NCBI GenBank assembly: GCA_965235115.1
Contig: OZ249436.1
Span: forward strand, 32,800,001-32,864,000
DNA length: 64,000 nt
Origin: Laetmonice hystrix
Lineage: Eukaryota
Reading direction: 5' to 3'
Shown: positions 12,098-24,000 of the stretch, piece after piece
Layout of the letters: each line of letters starts with the position of its first letter
Numbering within the stretch: position 1 is the first letter of the stretch
Program-made: the position numbers and the translations under genes
Notes under the pieces: generated by a model
The model's input: the letters and a program-made list of their open reading frames with translations, nothing else
The model's database searches: none
What the model was told of the DNA's origin: nothing

Positions 12098-15000
12098 GTA
12101 AGTATTACAGTTTATATCTTCTGGTAAGTTGAAATCTTTTTCAGGTCTATCAAACCAAGCGGTAGAGTAGGCCCATGCATCATGGGCCTAGTACGGTGGC
12201 CCAAAAGTACACCACGGCTCGGCTAAAACACAAAACCTCGTCTCTGCTTACCCAAATCTTCGGCTCGGCTAGCGAAAACCTCGGCTCGGCCACCTGGAGT
12301 GGTATCGCAAGGGTTAGGGTTAGTTAGGGTTAGCCGAGCCGAGGCTTTTGGTTAGGCGGCCGAGCCGAGGTTTTGTGTTTTAGCCAAGCCCTGGTGTACT
12401 TTTGGGCCACCGTAAAATAGAGGCTAAAGTGTTGTTGGCATATCTTCTGCTCGGAAAGAATATTCTGGTTGGGCTGGTTAAGTTGTGAAAAAAGGCCCAG
12501 GCCACTTTCCAATACGGTCAGCTTTAAACCAAAGAAATTAGTGGAGAATTCCGACGGTCTGCCTGATCAGCACTGAACCCTGAGTAATATTCTATTTTCC
12601 CCATACGACACATTTTAAGTTTAAAGAGACTCATGGAAAAACTTGCTTTGCTGTTGTGTTGTGTTAAAACTGTTCATTTCACCCCACAGAAGGCAACTTG
12701 AGCGGAAGTTCAGTTGCTCTCGTAAGGACAATGATTACTGATTGTACTGATTGGACATACGTCTTACCTCTATCGTAATTATACATGGACTGTTTGGTAG
12801 CAACGATACTAAAGCAACATTTAACTTCAGAGGTGCCGTGATTCTGAAGTTACTGAATCCAAGCTGAAGTACCCAACATTCGTTCGTACCTTGCCGCCAA
12901 CCAAGAAGGTCGCCAAGTATATTATTACCATACTCAAACATTATGGGTAAGTATAAGAAAGGACAGATGTACTAGGGGTGGGGTGGGGGGTACCAGGGGA
13001 TATATGGCTATCTCCACCCTTGTAAAACTCAAGGGCAGTCCCCTTCTCGAGATAATAATATATAATGGGGACACGTTGACCTGTCTGTTTGCAGGTTATA
13101 CTATCCTAGACTTGACACTTCTTCTACCTACTTACTACATAAATTCACCTAATATTTGTAAAAGCACCTAATATCCAACCTATCTTCTCGTTATAGCTGG
13201 CACAAGTGCGTGTTGGTGGTGGGCAAAGCGGACGGCCTGACGAGGTGGATGGCGGCCGCGGACGCCCTAAAAAATCACGCCAGACAAGGGAATGTTACCA
13301 TAACGGACGTCAAGTACTTCAAGGAGCCGTACGTCCCGACTCGTTATGCTTCAGACACCCTCTCTTCAATAGTAACAAGTACGATGGACAGAACCCGAGG
13401 TGAGGTACATTATGTATTCCACATTTACCAAGGTCACTCCTGTGATTTATTAAGAACATTTATCGGTCGATGCCGGACACCAAGGATGCTGTGGACCAAT
13501 GAAATGCCTTCTGAACGACCTGGACAAAACAACTAAACTGATCGATCTCAGTGGGCTCTTGTTTGTTTTCCTGCAAGCATGTTCTCTTATGTGAACATTA
13601 GGGAATTTTCGTCCAAGGTAGGATCAGGCATGCTCGGTTTAAGTATACTGATAAGTCGAATTGATCATTTTTCGCCGTGAATCGAATTGATTATATTTAG
13701 TAAGGCTGAATAAAATAAGAGAGATAGGTTAATTTTTCATGCTTATTGCACATTTCACATAATAGTCTGTACTTATTCATGCCTCATCTTGCAGTGTATG
13801 TGTTTCTCGGAGAGAAAGATGCGTTAATTGATTTCGCCCGCCGGAAACAGGCAATTCTACAAGAGGACGAAGGGAAATATGTGATCTTAGCAGTCCAGGA
13901 GGGCTACTACCAGGAGAATAAACGGGATCTCATTTTTAAATGGACCGACCCAATCAGTAATAAGTGTGAGTGTATTTACCCAGCACTTTCTGAACAAGAG
14001 GAATTGCTTCGTTTTGCTGCATTCAACGGGAGTTGAAAGGCTCATGTATTTAACCCCCACTTACAGGAAACAGGCTGTCACTCAAATAAATTGATGTTTA
14101 TTCCTTTACGTTATGTTGTCTTTTTTAATCGGCACATGTGATTTTCTTAATTACAATTCAATCTTCGAACACAAAAATAGCTAATTCTTATTATAAAAAT
14201 GTCACTACATCTTGTATCTTTTTCATCAACCCTCTCATATCTGACAGCACAACATGTTCAGGTGATCGTGATGTTTCAGGGGACAAACCATCACATCCAA
14301 AATTTCTTAAATGTTTTGGCAAAAGGATGATTTGTTTTATAACTTGTCACTTGCACTGCAGCTTCCGATACGATCGACCCGATGGATAGCAACACGCTAG
14401 CAATCCGTAATATCCTCTACTTGCTGCAGCAACCCCCGGCTAACGAGACCAAATACCGAGCCTTCCGCAAGGACTGCCTCAACCTCACCCTGCAAACCTT
14501 TAAACAGATACCACGACCACCGTCATTTCTCGAGAAACAAGCAGTGGACTGGGTGAGCTAGGTCCCACATTTTTCGGGGATTAATAGCCGGGCGGAAATG
14601 CCTACTGAAGGATACTCAGATAGGCCAAGCGACAATGGAGAACAGACAAAAGCGTGGGCCAAAAGAATAGGCCTTCAGAAATTTCAAACCATAGTTTATT
14701 ATACCGGTTAATTAACTTATTATAGTAACATTTCATTTCTTACCTTACAGGTAACAATATATGCTGCCTACCTTCACGACGCTGTCATTGTATTTGCTCA
14801 CGGTCTGAGGCGAGCCCTGTCTAAAGGCATTGATCCCAACAATGGCACAGCCTTGACGAATGCCATTATCAACACGACGTACCAAAGTAATTACAAGGCA
14901 GTATGTTACTACTACTATGAGACACATAGCACGCAATCTTTCTCCTCTCACACATGGGTAGACTGATTTTGAGGCAATGGTTTATGTAAAATCGTGAAGT

Positions 15001-18000
15001 ATTGAAGGAAATGAGGTAATACAGCCACTTTAATTACAAGGCAGTATGTTACTACTACGGTCCTATGAGACACATAGAATATATACGATTACGCAGCCCC
15101 CTTTTTGGCCCCCTCTTTCTCCTTTTTTCTTCTACTACACTGTATTAATCCTGTTGGCCACGTTTGTTAAAGTCGTACTTTTTGGGGGCCAGCTTTCCTT
15201 TATTATTCACCCCCCCTTCATTTGTTTTCTCAACATTCTGGATCCGTCCAGGTGTCCCAATGTCGGGTTTACCCCCCCCCCCCCCCCCCCCCCCCATCAG
15301 ATTACCGGGGGGTAACCTGAAGTTAACCTTAAATTAACCCCCGGTAATCTGAAGTTGGTTTCAAATTACCGGGGGGGGGGGGGGGGGGTAATTTGAAGTT
15401 AACTTCAGAGTAGCCCTCTGTAAATTCTCTATACTAATAAATGTGCTTGAAGGAACATATAAGTATGTGCTCGGTCACAGGTATTCAAGGCTACGACATG
15501 TCCATCGACGAAAGTGGAGATGCGGAGGCAAATTATATTCTGACTGCACTGCAGGCGAGAAAATGGTTGATTGTTGGGAACTTCTCAAAGAATAACGGCT
15601 CCTTGGTAATTGTTTTCTTACATCAATGCCAGTATTAAAATCGAGGAGTTGTTTTTTCTCTGATGGTCTCAGGCATAATAAAATCTATTATATTATTATA
15701 TGATTTTTTCATTATTCTAATAGACATGCTAGATTGATAATGAACATTTTATGGAGGAGAGGAAGAAAAATGATTTAATATGCCTTCGCGGAAATTCAAT
15801 TCGAAAGTGTCATTGGCTGCGTGTATGGTCTAGTACTTGAAGCGCTGGTTAAAGAAAGAAACCATAGTCTTCACCAACATTTATATTATACACTGTCGAG
15901 GTACTTTTAGTAGCAAGCAAAATGACCAAAAAGCTCCTTCATGAAAAAAAATATTGTTTAGCACAGTTCTTCACAGTTTTCAAATAACCAGGATATTCGA
16001 TTCTTATGCCGTTGATTAAATTCAACAGGAACAAAGTCACGGATGTAATTAAAGCCCATAAATTCATATTTCACGCTTTATGTTAGGCATGCACTGTGAC
16101 AACCATGATCAATCAAAAGCACTTGTTTTGTATGAATAAGGAGAATATTTTGTTATTATACGAGTATGGAGAATGTTTTGATGTCGTTCACAGAGCTTTC
16201 ATTCAAGAGATATCAAGTGGATCAATGGAAAACCAGTTACCGAACCAGAGTGTGGATTCAAGGGCGAAGCGTGTAAATCTGAACAAAAAAGTAAGTCTTG
16301 TTTCTACTTTTGTAGGATCTGTTATTGGAACTACACTGTTTTTCTAGATGATGGATATTGAAAACTAGTACACCAGAGGCTTTTTATGTACTCTGTTTGG
16401 CTAAATTACTCCGAACTGACAAATTTGTTGCTGGATGGAAATATATGAAAGGAAATGTGTGTTGATATATGAATAATTCTTTAGGTTATCATGCTGGTCT
16501 CTTCGTGAATTATGACGTTACTATTCCTATTCAGGGACAGGTATCATCATTGGATGTGTGCTTGTCCCAGTAGTCCTGCTGGGAGTCGCCATGCTCTACA
16601 GGTAGGCCCGCATTAGAGATAGACCTACAAAACTATGCTACAGGGTGTCTCAGAGAAAACGAAATCCTAAAAAAATCATCATTTTATGATGATTTTATGA
16701 TGAGAAAATGATATAAGTTCCCAAGTGTATCTGATAGCCCTAAACCTCCTCTTTCCAATGGTGTGGAATTTCTTTTTTCTGAGACGCCCTGTATATTGGC
16801 GTTCCACCATGCTCAGTTCTGAGTTATGCGGTTTATGATGGTCCACGATACAAAGACATTCAAGAGCTCCGGATTGAACTTCTAAACTTTGTTTGCTAAA
16901 GATTTTCTTACTATAGACAACCTCTGCTTGGCGGCTTCCCCCTAACAATTCACATGTTTGATGAGATCAAATTGGTTGCCTCTCTTTGACCAGGCACTAT
17001 CGGTACGAGCAGAAGCTGGCCTCGTTGCTGTGGAAGATTGAATACAAGGACCTTTTGATCACGGAGGGGGAACTAAACGACTCGACCATGTCCGAGAGGC
17101 CCAAGGTACAATTACCTCGAAAAAGGTTTCCTATATATGTCCACACCAGGCAAACTCCAACACCTCTTGCCTTGACGAGTAGCATAGGGCCTACGGTAGA
17201 CCGTTACATACACTTTCAGATAGATTAAACGCTTGTACATTTTCTACTCCAATTTGCATCCAGGATCTGACGATGTTGGATATTGCAACATTCACCTCCA
17301 AGGTAAAGTTGTTCTACGTGATGTTTCAAAGACAGGTACACCTATTTGAAACGTACACCTGCTTCTCTATATGTCTTTAGCTTGTTTATGCCCTTGTGTG
17401 CAATGCCACGAGTCTCGTCTTGGTGGAGATGTCGGTGACTAGGCCTAACGTGTGTATTTCTGGCCGACAGAGGCGAGACGGAGGCCGACCGAGCCTACTT
17501 TTTCCGGACGAATGTCGGGAAGGAACAGCTGTTCCACACCGGCCCGTCGCCATCAAGGTCGCCTCGTATAAAGGGTCGCTCGTCACAGTGCGCATGCTGA
17601 GGAGGAGACACGTGGAAATCACGCGGTCAGTGCGTAAAGAGCTGCAGGTGGTGAAGGAGCTGGTGCACGACAATGTCAATAGATTTATAGGAGCGTGCAT
17701 CGACCCTCCAAATATGTGCATCGTGACACAGTACTGCGCAAGAGGGTCGCTCAAGGCAAGTAGAATGTTCTCAAACACTTTCTTTAAGAATTGGTTGTTA
17801 TCCATCCGACATATCACGATTTACAATCACGATGCTTCAATTCGCATGTAACTCGTTTACTTCAGTCTGCATCACTCACCGATTGGTTCAATGTTTATAG
17901 CGTGTTTCAGGATAGCTTAGAAAACGACGACCTAAACCTCGACGATATGTTTATAGCGTCACTCACCAATTGGTTGTTTCAGGATATCTTAGAAAACGAC

Positions 18001-21000
18001 GACCTAAACCTCGACGATATGTTTATAGCGTCACTCACCAATTGGTTGTTTCAGGATATCTTAGAAAACGACGACCTAAACCTCGACGATATGTTTATAG
18101 CGTCACTCACCAATTGGTTGTTTCAGGATATCTTAGAAAACGACGACCTAAACCTTGACGATATGTTTATACCGTCACTCACCGATTGGTTCTATACTCT
18201 GTTTCAGGATATCTTAGAAAATGACGACCTAAACCTAGACGATATGTTTATAGCGTCACTCACCGATTGGTTCTATACTCTGTTTCAGGATATCTTATAG
18301 AAAACGACGACCTAAACCTAGACGATATGTTTATAGCCTCATTCACCGATTGGTTCTACTCTGTTTCAGGATATCTTAGAAAACGACGACCTAAACCTAG
18401 ACGACATGTTTATAGCGTCACTCATATTCGATCTCATACGGGTAGGAGATTTTAATCGTGAAAATCGTAAATGAAAAAGATAAAAGCATTATAAATTACA
18501 CATTTAGACATTTCATGTAACAGTTACCCAGAAAATCCAAAGATGTTTCGCCATCTTCCAACAGGGCATGATCTTTCTCCACGACAGTGAGATTGGATCG
18601 CATGGTAACCTAAAGCCATCCAACTGTGTCGTTGACTCACGGTGGGTTCTCCAAATCTCCGATTTTGGTCTTCATCAACTCAAAGGTTGCGAGTTCCCTA
18701 GTCTTTGCGATGAGGACAGTTACTACGGGCGTGAGTATGGATTCCAGTATCATCTTACGGTTTTTGTAAGTACCGGAATGGAAGCCAGAAGGTCTATCAG
18801 TTTAAGTAACAGTAGACAAGCGACTTTAAGTATGGGAACCACTGTCAAATCCAGTTGGGTATCTTAAGTAATTGAAAACCGTATCAATCAAAATTAATAG
18901 AGTTCGAAACGATTAACAATACAATGGTGTTTGCTTAGTATATATCATACACCAGTATCAATCCAATGCGGTTTCTTTAAAGGGAGGGAAAGCCCACACG
19001 GCAAATAATGTTTCGTAGGCCAAATGAAACACCAGCATTTACCACAAGGCAATAAATGCCACAATGACGCTGGTTCTGACCTTGACCTGCTGGTGTGTTC
19101 ATCACCTCGGACGTTTACAAACATTTACAAAGACTGGGACTCCAAACACCGTGTAGACAAGATCTGTGAGCAGAGTAACACGTAATGTTACGCAATATGC
19201 CGTGGTGTGCAACATTCGGCTGTGATGAACACACAAGCAGAACGAGCGGCGTTACGCATCGGGCAGTTACACGTTAATTACTTCATTCAGACAATGTAAT
19301 TGTGGCATTTATTGCCCTGAGATAAATGCTGGTGTTTCATTTGGTCTACGAAACCATATTTGCCGTGTGGGGTTTCCATCCCTTCAAGTATGGAAAACAG
19401 TGTCACTGTTGCCAAAGATACTTACGAGCATCAAGGAGTCCTGCTTTTTTCTATTTCTTTTGGCCTTGTTTTGCCATGTCAATATGTGGCTCAAAACATA
19501 TAAGGAAGTGTACCTTTGATAGTAAAATGGCAGGCTTTGCATTCCCCTTGAGACGTCGTAGATTTAACGTTTCTGACAGACCAGAGGAGAAAAATTATAA
19601 ATAGATAAGTAACATGGACTATCGGGATATTTGCGCTGAGAGCATATACCTCGGGAAGGATGAAATGCCTGTCCTAATGACATCTGTCAGTTGGCGTGAT
19701 ATTATAACACAGCATCACGGTGAATCTATTCCCATGTACCACCGCTCAAATCAAGTTTTAGAGCACATTCATGAATAAAATATAACGGTCCCGCTGCAGC
19801 GTATGATAACATGGGAAACATCAGCAGGTGAGGAGGTGTTGCTAGTGACAAGTAGGGACAGATTCGATCCGTATTTATTCTGGCGAAATAGACCACGGGA
19901 ATGACTCCGTCGTGCGGCTCTGCTTTCAGGGTTACTGTGGCGAGCGCCCGAACTGCTACGAGATCCTGGCATGCGACCGAAGGGAACACAGAAAGGAGAC
20001 GTGTACAGTTTTTCGATAATTCTGTTTGAGGTCCACAGTCGGTCCGGACCGTGGGGACCCACCATGTATTCACCTCGAGGTACGTATGTTTGAGAAGGTT
20101 TCAGTTTTGTACAGGGGAATGTGATTGGGGTGAAAAATAAAATTGTTACGCATTTTGTCTTATGAGTTTAGATGACAAAGACATGCCTAATCTTGTAAAG
20201 GGGTGCGATTTGATATTATATATTAGGCTACTTAAGAAGATGGGAACCGGAAAGTAAGGGTTCGTTACATACAAACATATATATGCATTGAAGTCAAAGA
20301 CAACAAATTCCTGTTACATCCTCTTTTCTCTTTCCAATCATACCAAAACTCATACCATTATGTTACTGGCACTGATTACTGAAGAACACTTTTTCTAACG
20401 CCAGTGTATTTAATACGCCTTTTTGTTCGATTTAGCCCGGCCAATTTGAAAGGAGAAAAAAATCTTTTCAAAGCAATAAACAAAACAAAACGATAGCATG
20501 GTTTATGATATCATTATGGTACACAGTAAGTCGAAAAAAAGCTATGCGTGCCGACTATACGTCCCGAATGGATTCTGGTACACCTTTGGGTTTTTGTGGT
20601 GTGTACCACTGACGCTGCCTATGCCTATACTGTTTATTTTAATTTTGAAGAGATTATTGAGAGGTTAAAGTACCCCCCTGACGGCTTCATCCTCCGGCCG
20701 GACACATACCTCCTCAAGTGTGAAGACTTGAGCATACGCTGTATCCGGGAATGTTGGCACGAGACGCCGGAGTGTCGGCCCGACTTCAAGGCCATCCGCA
20801 TCTTACTGAAACACATGCAGCGGGGACTGTGAGTGTCTCCTTCCGGGTATGGGAATACCAAAAAAAATCACAAAGTTAGCCAGTGCCAGGATTATCTTAA
20901 CAGTGGAATGTACCGTAAAAATCATGTGTGTACGCGTAGCTCCATCTAGGAAAGCATGGATTCCGTCTCATCTCGGAAGATAATGTAAGGGGAGGGCCCA

Positions 21001-24000
21001 TCGTCCCGCTCGACCAGCAAAGCTCCGTTTTTTATGGAAGTGGCTGTGGCCGAGCGGGTATGGGCGTTGATACTTTATGTTATGCGAATAGGTGCAGTAA
21101 TCTTGGGGCCGGGGGTCGATTTCAGTAGGGTACTATAAAATTGAATCTGTATATTCTAAAAGTGGACTGGGTTACGCCTGATGCCCGTGCACATTGGAGA
21201 TAGAGTCCCATTTCCCTAAAAAAATGGCACCATTATGTAGGATCCTGTACCAAGCGGGGGGACAAATCGTCCTGTGGTATATCTTCATAATAAATTAAGG
21301 ACCATCTGATGGATTTGTCCATGTGAACAATATTTGATTGATTCCATATTACATATTGCAGGAAATCAAATATTTTTGACAACATGTTGGCAATCATGGA
21401 GAAGTACGCCAACAACCTGGAGGTGGTTGTCGCCGCCAGAACCGAACAGTTGGAGGAGGAGAAGAAAAAGACCGAAGCCCTGCTACATCGCATGTTGCCA
21501 CGGTCAGTAAAATGCCGGTAAAACGTTATTACCATGACATGTTGAAAGGGTCTGCGTGTCTTTCATTCGGTTGCTTTTCACGTCAATAACACGGAATCTG
21601 TTAAATTAACCATTTAAAATATTGAAACGTTTGCCCCTGTTCACACGTGTTTTCCCCCACCTGAATGTTGTCGCTGTTCGTTGCGTTGTTTCACTATAGG
21701 ACCGTTGCCGACCAGTTGAAGCAAGGTGTACCTGTTAGCCCAGAACATTACAACATGGTTACCATCTACTTCTCGGACATCGTCGGCTTCACTGCCATAT
21801 CGGCGGAGAGTACGCCCTTACAGGCAAGTGCAAGTCTCTGGGCTCTCTGTTTCTTGAAATCAACAGCAGCGGCCATCACTCTGCTTCATTTAAAGTATTT
21901 CATTTGGGGAAGAAATAAACGAATAGGCTATCACTTGAAAAACAGAAAATATTACCGGAAGAAGGGGGAAACGTTTCAAAAAATCAAAAAATATTTACAG
22001 AACGGCGGAAATATTTGCACACCAGAGAAATCAGTATAAACTTGAATAAGGGAAACAATGAGGGACTTTGTTACCGTCTTTTCCGCGTGGCGGCAGCACT
22101 ATCAACCCGGTCCCCTTGGGCTACATTATTATGACGTTAGATAGGTCGACGAAATGCTAATCTATCGCTAGGTGCCGTAGTGCTATTTGCTATGAAATAT
22201 TATGATACGTTTAGGAGTTCTACAACATGATGAAGCCTATCAAGTTATTTTTTTTCATAACAAATAGTCTAAACACATCCTGCCACAGATTAGCATTTCG
22301 TCGTCCTATCTAACGTCATACTAATGTGTAGCCAAGAGGACCGGGCGACAGTGCTGCCGCCACGCGGATATGACTGGAAATGTGCCGTTGCGCATGCGTC
22401 TCAAGGAGTGTGAAGTCCCTCATTGGATGTCGCTTATGGTCCACCGTACATAGGTTTCTGTCCCTCCAGTTTTTCGTTCCTATTGTTGTAACGATGACTA
22501 TTTCTATTGTTGAGCAGGTTGTCGATCTCCTTAACGACCTGTACACGTGTTTTGACTCGATCATCGGTGAGTACGACGTGTATAAAGTGGAGACGATCGG
22601 GGACGCCTACATGGTGGTGTCAGGGCTACCTATCCGTAACGGCGACAACCACGCTGGAGAGATCGCCTCCATGTCCCTACACCTGTTGCATGTCATATCA
22701 ACCTTCCGCATACGACATCGTCCTGAAGATAAGATAAATCTACGCATTGGCATACACTCAGGTGATGAAAAGTTTATCAGACGACACGTGGCCTGTCTTT
22801 AGGTTTCAATAGTTATGATATTTCACCCACGCACTCTCTTTGAGCAGTTGGCTTTCTAAATGGGTGATTTTGGGATGGTGTAGATAGAAATAATGCGTAT
22901 ATTTTGTCTAGAAATATAATGCGGACAGATGGTACGAAAGACGAGTAAACGCGGGTTGTAGAGAATGAAACAGACTATATTAAATTGCTAAGTCATTCTG
23001 AGATGTTACTGTGTCAGCTAATTGAAAGTGTTTGGTCTGGCAGGTCCGTGCGTAGCGGGGGTGGTAGGCCTGAAGATGCCGCGGTATTGCCTGTTTGGGG
23101 ACACAGTCAACACCACATCTCGTATGGAGTCTACGGGAGTGCGTAAGTGCATAATTATGTATAAAATATGAAGACTCTTGACGCACCGAACTGTGTGACA
23201 AGCCTAACAGAATCTGTGTTTATTTGTAAAAGTAAAAAAAATGAACGGGTATTAATTGGTGTCGGATCTTATTAAATGACAATAGATAGTGGCTAGAGGA
23301 ATATACCGCCACTGTTAACGTGAAAGCAATAATTGTTTATTCTGACCCAAGTATAAGATTATGCAACATCCTAAAACATTGTCCGTCGCACTGGAAACTA
23401 TTATAATCGTTATGAAAGGTGTGATGAAGTCTACAAAGGGCGTCCACCTTTTCAGTGTTGCATGACTTTCCTGCAATTGCTGTAGACCAACTCGTCTATT
23501 ATTCTACAGCCTTGAAGGTTCACTGCAGTGGATCATGTAAGCAGTTGCTAACCAAACTAGGAGGTTATCTCATTGAGGAGCGGGGGCTAGTTTCAATCAA
23601 GGTATGTGGCTATTCACGAGGAGCGGGGGCTAGTTTCAATCAAGGTATGTGGCTATTCACGAGGAGCGGGGCTAGTTTCAATCAAGGTATGTGGATATTC
23701 ACGAGGAGCGGGGGCTAGTTTCAATCAAGGTATGTGGATATTCACGAGGAGCGGGGGCTAGTTTCAATCAAGGTATGTGGATATTCACGAGGAGCGGGGG
23801 CTAGTTTCAATCAAGGTATGTGGATATTCACGAGGAGCGGGGGCTAGTTTCAATCAAGGTATGTGGATATTCACGAGGAGCGGGGGCTAGTTTCAATCAA
23901 GGTATGTGGATATTCACATGACTGAATATCGAAGAAATAAGGGGTTATGATGGTATAGTAGGCATGTAGATCCACGTGTAGGACCACCCGCCAAATCTAT

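Noticed and set aside
17791..18300. 169-aa ORF as a genuine repeat-expanded kinase-homology exon
   Set aside because: It ends at TAG 18298-18300 before the only donor (18442), so it cannot be part of the full-length protein
17869..18424. CRISPR-like appearance of the regularly spaced repeats (also 23575-23917, 10404-10729, 4146-5385)
   Set aside because: Units are contiguous tandem copies with no unique spacers, there are no cas genes, and the context is eukaryotic and intron-rich
20931..21033. 5S rRNA gene
   Set aside because: Only a short loose resemblance (CGTCTCATCTCGGAAG); the 3' half of 5S is absent. GGGAATACCGGG near 51001 is likewise an isolated match
21040..21125. tRNA gene
   Set aside because: A/B-box-like motifs are present but I could not fold a cloverleaf; treated as a SINE-like head
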